In this document: one piece after another, positions 27,772 through 37,517 of the stretch
How the letters are laid out: every line of letters starts with the position of its first letter
Numbering within the stretch: position 1 is the stretch's first letter
Source: Candidatus Roizmanbacteria bacterium GW2011_GWC1_37_12
Lineage (GTDB): Bacteria; Patescibacteriota; Microgenomatia; UBA1406; GWC2-37-13
Assembly (NCBI GenBank): GCA_000991135.1
Contig: LBST01000006.1
Span: 46,663-110,662, forward strand
Length of the DNA stretch: 64,000 bases
Direction: 5' to 3'
Position numbers and translations under genes: made by a program
Notes under the pieces: model-generated
Databases searched by the model: none
Seen by the model: only the letters and a program-made list of their open reading frames with translations
What the model was told of the DNA's origin: nothing

Positions 27772-28841
27772 TAAAAAAAGAATTGATTGAACTTAATAAA
27801 AAACTAGTACGATTTAAAACAATCTCCTCAAATAAATCCGAACTAGAAAGATGTATTAGATTTATAGAGAATTATTTTAATATCAATAATTTATTTAAAA
27901 AAATATTTTATTCTAATGGTATTCCTTCGCTCCTCGTGTCCAACTCATTATCAAAAAACCCGGATTTATTATTGAACGGCCATATAGATGTAGTGGAAGG
28001 CAATAATAATCAATTTAAGCCTTTTGTCAAAAACGATAAACTTTATGGAAGAGGGACGATCGACATGAAATCTTCAATAGCTGTGATTATGCTTATTATG
28101 AAGAAGCTTAAATCCACTAATAAAAAAATCTCGGCGATGTTTGTAAGCGATGAAGAGATTTTTGGTAAAGACGGTACAAAATATATTCTCAATAAAGGTT
28201 ATAAGCCAAAATTCACAATAATCACGGAGGAATCAAACTTTGATATCGTTATTAAACAAAAAGGCCAGTTAACTTTAAAACTTGAGGCAAAAGGAAAATC
28301 CGGTCATGGATCACAACCATGGACTGGACTAAATGCTATTGAAGAATTAATTGAAATTTATCAAAAAATAAGAAATTTATTTCCAAAAGAACAAAAAAAC
28401 ACCTGGAATATAAATTCTATTAATTTAGGAATTATTAATGGTGGAGTAGCTCCTAACGTTATTCCCTCAAAGGCAGAATTGATATTAGATATTCGTTATC
28501 CAACAAATCTAAAACTTGATTCTTTCTTAGTTAGATTTTATGGAATTTTAAGAAAATCTAGCGTTACTTATTCTTTATTGACAAAAACAAATCCCATGGA
28601 TTCTGGCAATGCTATATTCTTTATTAATAAACTCAAACCTATTGTTGAAAAACAGATTAAAAGAAAAGCTAAATTAAAATGGACAAATTACTGTAGTGAT
28701 GGTCGTTATTTTTCCGATTCAAAATTACCAGTAATTGAATTTGGTCCGACTGGAGCTAATTATCATACTGATAATGAATATGTAGATATAAACAGTCTGG
28801 TTAATTATTACGAGATTCTAAAGAGATTTATTATTTCTTAG
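27768..28841 (+). CDS. M20 metallo-amidohydrolase (ArgE/DapE family)
   Basis: LNGHIDVV, GRGTIDMK, SDEE, GHGS.PW, HTDNE. Confidence 0.9.
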   Translation: MIKKELIELNKKLVRFKTISSNKSELERCIRFIENYFNINNLFKKIFYSNGIPSLLVSNSLSKNPDLLLNGHIDVVEGNNNQFKPFVKNDKLYGRGTIDMKSSIAVIMLIMKKLKSTNKKISAMFVSDEEIFGKDGTKYILNKGYKPKFTIITEESNFDIVIKQKGQLTLKLEAKGKSGHGSQPWTGLNAIEELIEIYQKIRNLFPKEQKNTWNINSINLGIINGGVAPNVIPSKAELILDIRYPTNLKLDSFLVRFYGILRKSSVTYSLLTKTNPMDSGNAIFFINKLKPIVEKQIKRKAKLKWTNYCSDGRYFSDSKLPVIEFGPTGANYHTDNEYVDINSLVNYYEILKRFIIS

Positions 28842-28855
28842 TTATATTTTAGCCT

Positions 28856-28871
28856 CGTCACCCTACGGGTG
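28856..28871. repeat. REP-like palindrome of the CGTCACCC family
   Basis: CGTCACCCTACGGGTG. Confidence 0.65.
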
Positions 28872-28926
28872 CAACTGGGTTAGACTTCGTGAAAAATTGG
28901 CTGTTGTAATCTGCTAAAAGTACTCC

Positions 28927-28973
28927 TTTGTAGCGTATAGTCTATAGACAAAGGCAAAATCAAGGAATATCCT
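28927..28973 (+). promoter_or_regulatory. Conserved motif plus promoter (TAGACA-17-TATCCT)
   Basis: TTTGTAGCGTATAGTCTATAGACAA, matching the 5826 copy. Confidence 0.65.
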
Positions 28974-29009
28974 ATTTTTATTGTTAAATTGTCAAATTGC
29001 TAAATTGTT

Positions 29010-29381
29010 ATGAAATATTTGCAATTAAACGACATATCAAGTTATAAGAAAGCTTTTAATCTTAGTAACTATGTATGGAATATTATTACTAATTGGGATT
29101 ATTTTTCAAAGAAAACAATTGGCGAGCAATTTGTTACTGCAGTCGATTCTATTTCAGCTAATATTGCAGAAGGATTTGGCAGATTTAACAAGAAAGAAAA
29201 AATAAGATTCTACAGAATCAGTCAAGGATCTCTAAAAGAGTCTTTAGATTGGAATGAAAAAGCAAAAATTCGTAAATTATTAAATAAAGACCAATACGAT
29301 CATATTTTTGCAGAACTTCAAAGCCTACCTAAAGAAATTAACGAATTTATTAGATTTACTAACCAAAAACTTAATAACTAA
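29010..29381 (+). CDS. Four-helix-bundle protein (23S rRNA IVP/Avd-like family)
   Basis: QFVTAVDSISANIAEGFGR...RFYRISQGSLKE; flanked by inverted 8-mer arrays. Confidence 0.9.
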   Translation: MKYLQLNDISSYKKAFNLSNYVWNIITNWDYFSKKTIGEQFVTAVDSISANIAEGFGRFNKKEKIRFYRISQGSLKESLDWNEKAKIRKLLNKDQYDHIFAELQSLPKEINEFIRFTNQKLNN

Positions 29382-29438
29382 CCAACAATTTAACAGTTTA
29401 ATAATTTAGCAATTTATATAGAAAGGAGGTGATATAAC

Positions 29439-29666
29439 ATGGATTCCAAACCACAACCAAAACCTAAACTCGATTCCAAAATTCTAAAATGCAGCACGAT
29501 GACGGTTTTCTTGGATACCTATGAGGCAAAAAACGGCAATAAATATCTCAAGATTACCGAATCAAGATTCGACAAAACCACAAAACAGTCAAAAAGAAGT
29601 TCAATATTCTTTTTCAAAGAAGACCTGGAAAAATTTAAAGAAGCTTTAAGCGAAGTTACTTTATAA
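29439..29666 (+). CDS. PUR-like nucleic-acid-binding protein (DUF3276-like)
   Basis: TVFLD..EAKNGNKYLKITESR...R.SIF.F.ED; strong AGGAGGT RBS. Confidence 0.75.
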   Translation: MDSKPQPKPKLDSKILKCSTMTVFLDTYEAKNGNKYLKITESRFDKTTKQSKRSSIFFFKEDLEKFKEALSEVTL

Positions 29667-29674
29667 ATGCCTTG

Positions 29675-29746
29675 TGTCAGCAGCAGGATTCGAACCCGCG
29701 ACCACTCGCTTATGAAACGAGTGCTCTACCGCTGAGCTATGCTGAC
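29675..29746 (-). tRNA. tRNA with CAT anticodon (elongator Met or Ile2)
   Basis: Acceptor stem GTCAGCA/TGCTGAC, D arm TAGCTCAGCGGTAGAGC, anticodon loop TTCATAA, GGTTCGAATCC T arm; not initiator-type; CCA not encoded. Confidence 0.92.
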
Positions 29747-29785
29747 TTAATTTTTCTCTCCTATATTATATAATATACTATCTCT

Positions 29786-30676
29786 ATGGCAAAAATCGAT
29801 CTTTCTGTTGTGATAGTTTCTTTTAATACCAAGAAAATCACCAAAAACTCCCTCGAATCAATTGATAGATCATTGTGGGGAACAAAAATTAAATATGAGA
29901 TAATCGTCGTCGACAACGACTCCCATGACGGGTCAAAAGAGATGCTTGAAAAATATTCTCAAGAAAATAAGAATAAAACTGTTTATTTTCAAACAAATAC
30001 CAATCTCGGATTCGGCCGCGGCAATAACTTTGGCGTCAAAAAGGCTAAAGGAAAGTATATCTTGCTTCTAAACTCCGATACAATCATTTTAAACCGGTCG
30101 ATTGAAAAACTTTTTAACTTTTACGTAAAAAACGAAAAAACTGTTCATTTTCTGGGCACTAAACTCTTAAATAAAGACTTGACTCCCCAACCTTCAGCCT
30201 GTCGATTCTTTACCTTGCCTGTCGTTTTTGCTACCCTGCTTCTTAAGGGAGACTATTGGGGATTAACACGTTCTTCGCCAAACGAATTCAGACAAGTTGA
30301 CTGGATCTCTGGAGCATGTATCCTGACAAAAAAATCCCTCTATCAACGCCTCGGTGGTTTTGATAAAAATATCTTCATGTATATGGAAGAAGTTGATTTG
30401 CTTTACCGGGCCAAAAGATTAGGACTAAACACCTACTTTTATCCCGCTTCCCAAATCATTCATCTTGGAAGCGCTTCGTCAGGTGGAAAAACTTTTCCCA
30501 TTCTCCAAGTCTACAAAGGTTTTCTTTTCTTTTACAAAAAGCATTATTCTTTTCTTCATTTGTTTGTTCTTCATTTAATTTTGAAATTAAAAGCCGCAAT
30601 TGCTTATTTTATTGGTAAAATTAAAAATGACCGGTATCTCATTGAAACCTATGAAAAAGCTTTCAGGATTTTTTAA
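29786..30676 (+). CDS. Glycosyltransferase family 2
   Basis: VVDNDS.DGS, NLGFGRGNN, LLLNSD, FMYMEEVD. Confidence 0.92.
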   Translation: MAKIDLSVVIVSFNTKKITKNSLESIDRSLWGTKIKYEIIVVDNDSHDGSKEMLEKYSQENKNKTVYFQTNTNLGFGRGNNFGVKKAKGKYILLLNSDTIILNRSIEKLFNFYVKNEKTVHFLGTKLLNKDLTPQPSACRFFTLPVVFATLLLKGDYWGLTRSSPNEFRQVDWISGACILTKKSLYQRLGGFDKNIFMYMEEVDLLYRAKRLGLNTYFYPASQIIHLGSASSGGKTFPILQVYKGFLFFYKKHYSFLHLFVLHLILKLKAAIAYFIGKIKNDRYLIETYEKAFRIF

Positions 30677-32204
30677 GTGGATCGATAATAATTTAGTGAA
30701 AATACTTCTTACCGGATTTATTTTTTTGGTGCCTTTGTGGCCAAAACTTCCCATCCGGATGATTAACTATACATATATCGCTATTCGCTTTGAAGACATC
30801 TACTTGGTATTCATGATCTTGGCTTTTTTTGTCCAGCTTATTCGAAAGAAAATCATTCTGAATAAGAGCTATCTTTGGCTCTTTATTCTTTTTTGGCTGT
30901 CACTTTTCGCCTCGGTAATCTGGGGTATCTATTTTGAAAAAACAATTATTTTTTATCATCTCGGATATCTCCACGCCTTGCGCCGAGTTGAATATATGAG
31001 CGCCTTCTTTATTGCCGCGTCAGTAATTAAGACCAAAGAAGACTTCTTTCAGTTAATAAAAGTCTTTTTTTTCTCGGTCTTTCTAGTCTCTCTGTACGGA
31101 CTGGGCCAAAAATATCTCGGTTTTCCGGCGGTGCAGACTATGAATCCGGAATATGCCAAAGGCTACATTCTCAATCTCACTCCTGAAGCAAGAATTTCCT
31201 CGACCTTTGCCGGCCATTATGACCTGGCTTCTTATTTAGCTTTTGCCATACCTCTTATAATCTCTTTTTCATTCTTCTTCAAAAAAAAACTGTATCTAAT
31301 TTATTACTTTTTTGCCCTGGTCGTACTTACTTATACTTCTTCTCGAATTTCTTTTGTTGCCTATGCTTTTACAATTTTTGGACTGCTTATTTTTATTAGA
31401 AAATATCTCTTTTTAATTTTTGCCATTATTTTGACTGCTTTAGTTATGGCCTCATCCGGCGATCTCATTAATAGGTTTTTAAAAACAATTCAGTTCAAAA
31501 GAATTCTCGTCAATCAAAAAACAGGTTCTGTCTATATTAACCAAAATATTACTACCAAAGAACTTCCCGCCGGATCCTTCTATGTACCGGTAAAAAAACC
31601 TCCTAAACAAGTTCTTCCTACCGAAGCCGTGGCAACCGAAGTGGCAAAAATAGAAACATTTAAGGAACAACTCATTGAACAAAAAGTAAAGGAAGCGACA
31701 AAAAATAAAAACTTATCCCAAAATGAAATAAACAAATTGATTGCTTCTCTATCGGCTGAATTAAAAGCCATCAATACGTATGTTTCCGATATTTCTTTTG
31801 CCACCCGGCTTCAGATAGAGTGGCCAAGGGCGATCGACGCTTTCAACAAAAGCAAAATTCTTGGAACCGGCCCTTCTTCAATTACTGAGGCGACCGACAA
31901 CGACTTCCTCCGCTGGCTTGGAGAAACAGGACTTTTGGGGACGACTCTTTTTCTGATGATTTTATTTCTGATAGTTAAGCGCGTCTGGGGCAGGGTCATA
32001 AAATTTTCACCAGAAAATAAATTGATCGCCCACGGATTCACTTTTGCATTAATAGCTCTTTTGATAAACGCCACCTATATCGACGTCTTTGAAGCTTCAA
32101 AAGTGGCTTATACTTTTTGGACAATCGCAGGATTATTCGTAGGATATTCTTCTCTAAATTCAAAAGTCAAGAGTCAAGAGTCAAAAATGAAAGTTAAAAG
32201 TTAA
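30651..32204 (+). CDS. O-antigen ligase/polymerase-like membrane protein
   Basis: Multi-TM; RISSTF, TSSR, GTG..S, DNDFLRWLGETGLLG. Confidence 0.8.
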   Translation: MKKLSGFFKWIDNNLVKILLTGFIFLVPLWPKLPIRMINYTYIAIRFEDIYLVFMILAFFVQLIRKKIILNKSYLWLFILFWLSLFASVIWGIYFEKTIIFYHLGYLHALRRVEYMSAFFIAASVIKTKEDFFQLIKVFFFSVFLVSLYGLGQKYLGFPAVQTMNPEYAKGYILNLTPEARISSTFAGHYDLASYLAFAIPLIISFSFFFKKKLYLIYYFFALVVLTYTSSRISFVAYAFTIFGLLIFIRKYLFLIFAIILTALVMASSGDLINRFLKTIQFKRILVNQKTGSVYINQNITTKELPAGSFYVPVKKPPKQVLPTEAVATEVAKIETFKEQLIEQKVKEATKNKNLSQNEINKLIASLSAELKAINTYVSDISFATRLQIEWPRAIDAFNKSKILGTGPSSITEATDNDFLRWLGETGLLGTTLFLMILFLIVKRVWGRVIKFSPENKLIAHGFTFALIALLINATYIDVFEASKVAYTFWTIAGLFVGYSSLNSKVKSQESKMKVKS

Positions 32205-32270
32205 AAAATGACAAAATCACTTTTTAATTTTGACTTTAACTTTTAAATTCTAACTTTTGACTTTTAACTT
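32159..32270. repeat. Inverted heptamer arrays (TCAAAAG)n ... (CTTTTRA)n
   Basis: Degenerate 7-mer tandem runs in opposite orientation; similar structure at 56774-56887. Confidence 0.75.
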
Positions 32271-33707
32271 ATGAAAAGAGTCGATTTTCTCATATTGGCT
32301 TTCATCCTAATTATTGCTTTTTTTTTCCGTCTCTATAAAATCAATACTCCGCTCGCCGATCTCCATTCCTGGCGTCAGGCTGATACGGCAGCTGTTGCGA
32401 GAAATTTTGTTACCCAAGGATTTGATCTTTTGCACCCCCGATACGACGATATGAGCAATGTTCAATCGGGTCTTGACAACCCTCAAGGCTACCGGATGGT
32501 TGAATTCCCCTTGTATAACGCCATTTTTGCCTGGCTTTTTAAACTCTTTCCCGCGATTCCACTTACCCAATGGGGTCGCCTAACCTCAATATTTTTTTCT
32601 CTAATAACGATTTCCGTTATCTATTACCTTTTAGCCAAAGAACAAAATAGATCGACTGCCTTTTGGGCTTCGGCTATTTATGCTATTTTTCCTTTTTTCG
32701 TTTTTTTTTCACGAGTAATCCTCCCAGAATCGACAGCTTTGGGTTTTACAATGTTATCGATATTCTTTCTTTATCTATTCTCAAAAAAACAATATAGCAA
32801 TATAACAATTTATCTATTTTATTTACTATCTCTTATTTCTTTTGCTGCAGCTCTTCTCATCAAACCAACCGTGATATTTTGCATGATTCCAATCGCTTAT
32901 CTCTTCTTCCAATCTTACAAATGGAAATTCCTTAAAAAACCTTCTTTCTATCTTTATTTCTTAATCGCTCTAACCCCCCTAATCTTGTGGAGAAACTATA
33001 TCGGCAGATTCCCTGAAGGCATCCCCGTCAACGAATGGCTGCTGACAAGCGTTAATACAGGAGGTAGTTTACAAAAGATTTTCTTTAGGCCGGCTTTTTT
33101 TCGCTGGATATTCTTTGAAAGAATAAACAATCTAATTCTTGGCGGTTACCTGACTGTATTTTTCATTTTAGGTATCATTGCCAAAAGGAAAAATTTTTTT
33201 CTCTACTCTTATCTCCTATCTTCTATCTCCTATCTTCTAGTTTTCCAGGGTGGTAATGTCCAACACGAATATTATCAAACATTAATACTACCATTTTTGG
33301 CAATTTTCTCCGCTCTTGGAATAAATTTTCTTTTTGAAAAAAAATCTAACATCTATCATCTAGCATCTATCATCTTAGTTTTTGTTCTGCTCTTATTCTC
33401 TTGGTATTTTTCTTATTATAAAGTCAAAGACTACTATCAATATAGTCAAGAATTAATTCAGGAGGCAAAGATATTGAATGATTTAACCAGTAAAGAAGAT
33501 AAAATCGTCACCGATAGAATGGGAGACACGACCCTTTTGTATCTTGCCGAAAGGCGTGGCGCGCCGTCAATTTACAAAGAACCAGAAGACCTGAAGAAAC
33601 TTGGGTATAGCTTTTTAGTTACTTCGAGCCAATATCAAATCGAAAAGATGGAAAAAAACTTTGAAATAATTTTTGAAAATGACAAATTCACGCTATTTTC
33701 TTTATGA
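32271..33707 (+). CDS. GT-C fold (ArnT/PMT, family 39-like) glycosyltransferase
   Basis: WRQADTAAVARNF, EFPLY, multi-TM, HEYY. Confidence 0.82.
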   Translation: MKRVDFLILAFILIIAFFFRLYKINTPLADLHSWRQADTAAVARNFVTQGFDLLHPRYDDMSNVQSGLDNPQGYRMVEFPLYNAIFAWLFKLFPAIPLTQWGRLTSIFFSLITISVIYYLLAKEQNRSTAFWASAIYAIFPFFVFFSRVILPESTALGFTMLSIFFLYLFSKKQYSNITIYLFYLLSLISFAAALLIKPTVIFCMIPIAYLFFQSYKWKFLKKPSFYLYFLIALTPLILWRNYIGRFPEGIPVNEWLLTSVNTGGSLQKIFFRPAFFRWIFFERINNLILGGYLTVFFILGIIAKRKNFFLYSYLLSSISYLLVFQGGNVQHEYYQTLILPFLAIFSALGINFLFEKKSNIYHLASIILVFVLLLFSWYFSYYKVKDYYQYSQELIQEAKILNDLTSKEDKIVTDRMGDTTLLYLAERRGAPSIYKEPEDLKKLGYSFLVTSSQYQIEKMEKNFEIIFENDKFTLFSL

Positions 33708-34900
33708 AGATTCTCATGTTGACTCCTTATGTTCCTTATCCGCCTTCATCAGGTGGCCAGGTCAGAACCTACAACTTACTAAAATATCTTTCCAAAAATA
33801 ACAAAATCACTCTCGTCTGTCTTTACAAAAGCCCCGAAGAAAAACAATATCTCGATAAGCTAAAACCCTACTGCCGTTCTGTATATTTCTGCCAGCGTTC
33901 TCCTAATCCTTGGAGTTTAGAAAATATTTTCAAGTCAATTTTTACCTTAAAGCCTTTTTTAATTGTCAGAAACTATTCTCAAGAAGCCGAGTCAATTCTA
34001 AAAAATCTTCTTGAAAAAGAAAAATTCGACATCATTCATGCCGAGACTTTTTATATTATGCCTCATCTTCCAAAAACCGATATCCCCATATTTCTTCTTG
34101 AACAAACCATTGAATATCAAGTCTATCAGCATTTCGTCAACTCACTTCCTTTTTTTGTTAAACCTTTTTTTTCCCTTGACATTTTAAAACTCAAAATTTG
34201 GGAAAAAGATTACTGGAAAAAAGCCTATTTGGTCGGAGCCGTCTCCAATACTGACAAACAGATTATTAATAACCTGGAGAAAGGAATAAAACCGGTCATC
34301 ATCCCAAACGGCGCAGGCGAAGATATGATCGTCGATTCCCTTAAACCAAAAAACCTAGACGAGCCAATCGTCCTCTTTCAAGGAAATTTCTACTGGCTGC
34401 AAAATACCGAGGCTGTTAATTATCTAATAAAAAGAATAATTCCTCTGGCCAAAAAAATTCTTCCCAATGTCAAATTTGTCATTGCCGGTCAAAACGCCGC
34501 CAAAAAGATCGGCCAGATCAAAGAAACAAATCTGGAAATCATCGATATCGCTCCCGACCAAAACCAGGAAGTAAGGAAAATCTACCAACAAGCCACGCTT
34601 TTTATTGCGCCGATCTTCGGCCCTGGAGGAACAAGGTTAAAAATCCTCGCCGCCATGGCCGCCGGTATTCCTGTTATATCAACTAAAACTGGAGTCACCG
34701 GCTTAACAGTCAAAAATAACCATAATGTAATCATCGCCAACAATCCTAAAAAATTTATTAAATCCATAGAAATGGTGATTAAAAACAAGAGACTTTACGA
34801 AAAAATAAGAACCAATGCTCATGAATTAATCAAAAAGCAGTACAACTGGGAGATTATTGCCAAAAAACTGGAGGCAATTTATAAGACTCTCGCTCCCTAG
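33704..34900 (+). CDS. Glycosyltransferase family 4
   Basis: GGQVR, GTRLKILAAMAAG.PVIST. Confidence 0.9.
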   Translation: MKILMLTPYVPYPPSSGGQVRTYNLLKYLSKNNKITLVCLYKSPEEKQYLDKLKPYCRSVYFCQRSPNPWSLENIFKSIFTLKPFLIVRNYSQEAESILKNLLEKEKFDIIHAETFYIMPHLPKTDIPIFLLEQTIEYQVYQHFVNSLPFFVKPFFSLDILKLKIWEKDYWKKAYLVGAVSNTDKQIINNLEKGIKPVIIPNGAGEDMIVDSLKPKNLDEPIVLFQGNFYWLQNTEAVNYLIKRIIPLAKKILPNVKFVIAGQNAAKKIGQIKETNLEIIDIAPDQNQEVRKIYQQATLFIAPIFGPGGTRLKILAAMAAGIPVISTKTGVTGLTVKNNHNVIIANNPKKFIKSIEMVIKNKRLYEKIRTNAHELIKKQYNWEIIAKKLEAIYKTLAP

Positions 34901-34924
34901 CATCCGTGTTATAATATAAAAAGT

Positions 34925-36016
34925 ATGATCATCGGAATCGACGGCAACGAAGCCAATGTAAGAGAGAGGGTCGGCGTCTCGGTCTACGCATATAATCTCC
35001 TGAAGTTCTTTAGACGGAAAGCCGACCGGCAAACCCAATTCAGAGTATATTTGAGAAACGCTCCTTACGATCTACCGGAGGAGACAGATTATTTCAAATA
35101 CAGAGTCGTCCCAGGAAACCTACTTTGGTCGCAAATTTTTCTCCCCCTTAGGCTCTATCAAGATAGGGATATTGACGTTTTCTTTTCTCCGGCCCACTAT
35201 CTTCCCCGTTTCTGCCCAGCACCGGGAGTCGTAACAATTCATGATCTCTCCTATCTCTATTTTCCCGAAGATTTTTTGAAAAAAGACCTATTTCAGCTCA
35301 AGAATTGGACCGCCTATTCTTTAAAAAAAGCCGTCAAGGTAATCGCAGTTTCAAAAACAACTAAAAAAGATATTGTTAAATCATACGGTCTCCCCCAGGA
35401 AAAAATTAGCGTCGTCTATAACGGTTATGAAAAAAAGCTCGACGAAAAAAGTAAAAAATTTAAGTTCGATCTTGAAGAAAAACCATACATACTTTATGTC
35501 GGCACTATCCAACCAAGAAAAAATATCACCACTCTGATCCAGGCTTTTTTCAAATTTAAACAGCTCTATCCTGAATTTCAATTAATAATCGCGGGAAAAA
35601 AGGGCTGGCTCTACGATGATATCTTTCAAAAAGTCACTGACCTGGGGTTAGAGAGAGACGTATTTTTTACCGATTATATTACTGATAATCAACTTATATT
35701 CCTTTACAAAAACGCTTTTTGCTTGGTACTGCCCTCTTTTTATGAAGGTTTTGGCATTCCCGTACTTGAAGCGATGAATCTTGATTGTCCTGTCATTGCT
35801 TCTTATGCCTCGTCTCTTCCTGAAATCGGCGGCGACGCTTGCCTTTATTTTGACCCGAAAAACAGTTATGACTTAGTGGAAAAACTTAAACTCATGAAAG
35901 AAGACAAACAATTGGTCAAAGATTTAGTTAATAAAGGCAAGAAAAGGATTAAAGAATTCTCTTGGGAAAAATGCGGCGAGGAAACCCTACAAGTTATTAA
36001 AGGTTCTGTCCTTTAA
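34925..36016 (+). CDS. Glycosyltransferase family 4
   Basis: TIHDL, PRKN, EGFGIPVLEAM. Confidence 0.92.
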   Translation: MIIGIDGNEANVRERVGVSVYAYNLLKFFRRKADRQTQFRVYLRNAPYDLPEETDYFKYRVVPGNLLWSQIFLPLRLYQDRDIDVFFSPAHYLPRFCPAPGVVTIHDLSYLYFPEDFLKKDLFQLKNWTAYSLKKAVKVIAVSKTTKKDIVKSYGLPQEKISVVYNGYEKKLDEKSKKFKFDLEEKPYILYVGTIQPRKNITTLIQAFFKFKQLYPEFQLIIAGKKGWLYDDIFQKVTDLGLERDVFFTDYITDNQLIFLYKNAFCLVLPSFYEGFGIPVLEAMNLDCPVIASYASSLPEIGGDACLYFDPKNSYDLVEKLKLMKEDKQLVKDLVNKGKKRIKEFSWEKCGEETLQVIKGSVL

Positions 36017-36028
36017 AGGACAGAACCT
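36001..36028. repeat. Perfect palindrome AGGTTCTGTCCTTTAAAGGACAGAACCT
   Basis: 28-bp palindrome spanning the stop codon; half copy at 9248-9260. Confidence 0.7.
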
Positions 36029-36048
36029 AAAAGGACCGTCCTTCGAAT

Positions 36049-36978
36049 ATGCATCCCTTACAATCAAACGAATGGGAAAACGCCAGAAAAGAAGTGGGGA
36101 TAAAAACTCTTCGTTTAGATGATTTTTTATTAACTATTCATAAAATTCCATTCACAAACTTTAAAATAGGTTATCTACCAAGATCAACTATGCCGTCTAA
36201 TAGAGTTTTAAATAAACTTTATGAGTACGGAAAAAAGAACAAAGTTGTTTTTATAAAAATAGAGCCATACGAAGAAAAGTCAAAAGTCAAAAGTCAAAAG
36301 TCAAAATTACAACTTAAAAGTAAAAATTTGATAGAATCAAAACATCCTTTATTTCCTACTTGGACACAGATTTTAGATTTAAACAAAACTGAAGACGAAC
36401 TTCTTAAAAGTTTTCACTCCAAAACCCGTTATAACATTCGTCTGGCAGAAAAAAAAGGCGTAGTTGTAAAAGAAGAATCAAATGAAAAAGGATTCAAAGT
36501 CTTTGCCAAACTCTATTTCGAAACCACCAAAAGACAAAAATACTTCGGCCACGACGAAAAATATCACAAAATCGTTTGGGACAATCTAAAAAACAGCCTT
36601 TCCCATATCTTAATTGCTTATTACAACAATATTACTCTTGCTGCTTATGAACTTTGGTATCTGGACGGAATAATCTATTATGTTTATGGAGGAACATCAG
36701 AGCTCCATCGAAATTTAATGGCTTCAAACTTGCTGATGTGGGAAGCCATTAAACTAGGTAAACGTCTTGGCGCTAAAAAATTCGATATGTGGGGTTCTTT
36801 GCCTCCTGATTACGACCCAAAGCACTCATGGTCCGGCTTCACCCGCTTCAAACAGGGCTACGGAACGAAATTTGTGGAAATGGTGGGAAGTTATGACTTG
36901 GTAATCAATCCTGTTTTATATAGAATCTATAATATTATTTATGCCCTTCGTGAAATTTATTTGATGTTTAAAAGATAG
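36049..36978 (+). CDS. FemAB/FemX-family peptidoglycan bridge aminoacyltransferase
   Basis: HPLQS.EW, KTRYNIRLAEKKGV, LMWEAI, GFTRFKQGY. Confidence 0.88.
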   Translation: MHPLQSNEWENARKEVGIKTLRLDDFLLTIHKIPFTNFKIGYLPRSTMPSNRVLNKLYEYGKKNKVVFIKIEPYEEKSKVKSQKSKLQLKSKNLIESKHPLFPTWTQILDLNKTEDELLKSFHSKTRYNIRLAEKKGVVVKEESNEKGFKVFAKLYFETTKRQKYFGHDEKYHKIVWDNLKNSLSHILIAYYNNITLAAYELWYLDGIIYYVYGGTSELHRNLMASNLLMWEAIKLGKRLGAKKFDMWGSLPPDYDPKHSWSGFTRFKQGYGTKFVEMVGSYDLVINPVLYRIYNIIYALREIYLMFKR

Positions 36979-37506
36979 ATTATTTATATCCTTATCCCAA
37001 TTTTTCGGATTGTCTTGAATATATTTACGGATTTCTGCCAATGATTCTTCATTGCGGATGACGTGGTCGTAGAATGACCGTTGCCATTTAAAGATATTTT
37101 GTCCTAATTGATGGATTAATTTTGATGAATTCATTTTGAAAAACCCAATAATTTTTGACAACAACATATTGCGTCGTTGCAACCAATCATTAAAATACGA
37201 TTTATCCTGTAGGGACAATTCATGAATTGTCCCTACAATTGGTTCATCCTGTTTAATTACAATAATTCCATGAACGTGATTAGGCATAATAATATATTCA
37301 TCAATAAATACATTTTGATAATATTTTGGTATTTCTATCCAATATTTTTCAACAATCTTTCCGTATTCACTCAATATCATTTCTCCATTAATAATCTCTC
37401 CAAACAAACATTCTCTATTTTTCGTACAGATTGTGACAAAATAATAACCAGATGAAGAATAATCGAAATGCTTTAATCTATTTGTTTTTCGGTAACGGTA
37501 AATCAT
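36916..37506 (-). CDS. REP-associated tyrosine transposase (RAYT)
   Basis: RL..FDYS..GYYFVTICT, IMPNHVHGI, WQRSFYDHVIRN, YI.DNP.NW. Confidence 0.92.
   Translation of the reverse strand: MIYRYRKTNRLKHFDYSSSGYYFVTICTKNRECLFGEIINGEMILSEYGKIVEKYWIEIPKYYQNVFIDEYIIMPNHVHGIIVIKQDEPIVGTIHELSLQDKSYFNDWLQRRNMLLSKIIGFFKMNSSKLIHQLGQNIFKWQRSFYDHVIRNEESLAEIRKYIQDNPKNWDKDINNLSFKHQINFTKGINNIIDSI
37209..37236. repeat. GTAG-type REP GTAGGGACAATTCATGAATTGTCCCTAC inside the RAYT
   Basis: Perfect 28-bp palindrome, identical to 56563-56590. Confidence 0.9.
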
Positions 37507-37517
37507 TGTGTAGTGAC

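Noticed and set aside
24090..28841. Standard hut catabolic operon or his biosynthesis operon
   Set aside because: No hutU/hutI/hutG and no hisG/D/B/H/A/F; the regulation is of the starvation-induced type
29010..29381. Diversity-generating retroelement (Avd-like gene)
   Set aside because: No reverse transcriptase or TR/VR pair seen in the window
36916..36978. 63-nt convergent overlap of femAB and the RAYT as a functional feature
   Set aside because: RAYT similarity appears to end near NPKNWDKD; the tail is probably incidental read-through to the next stop
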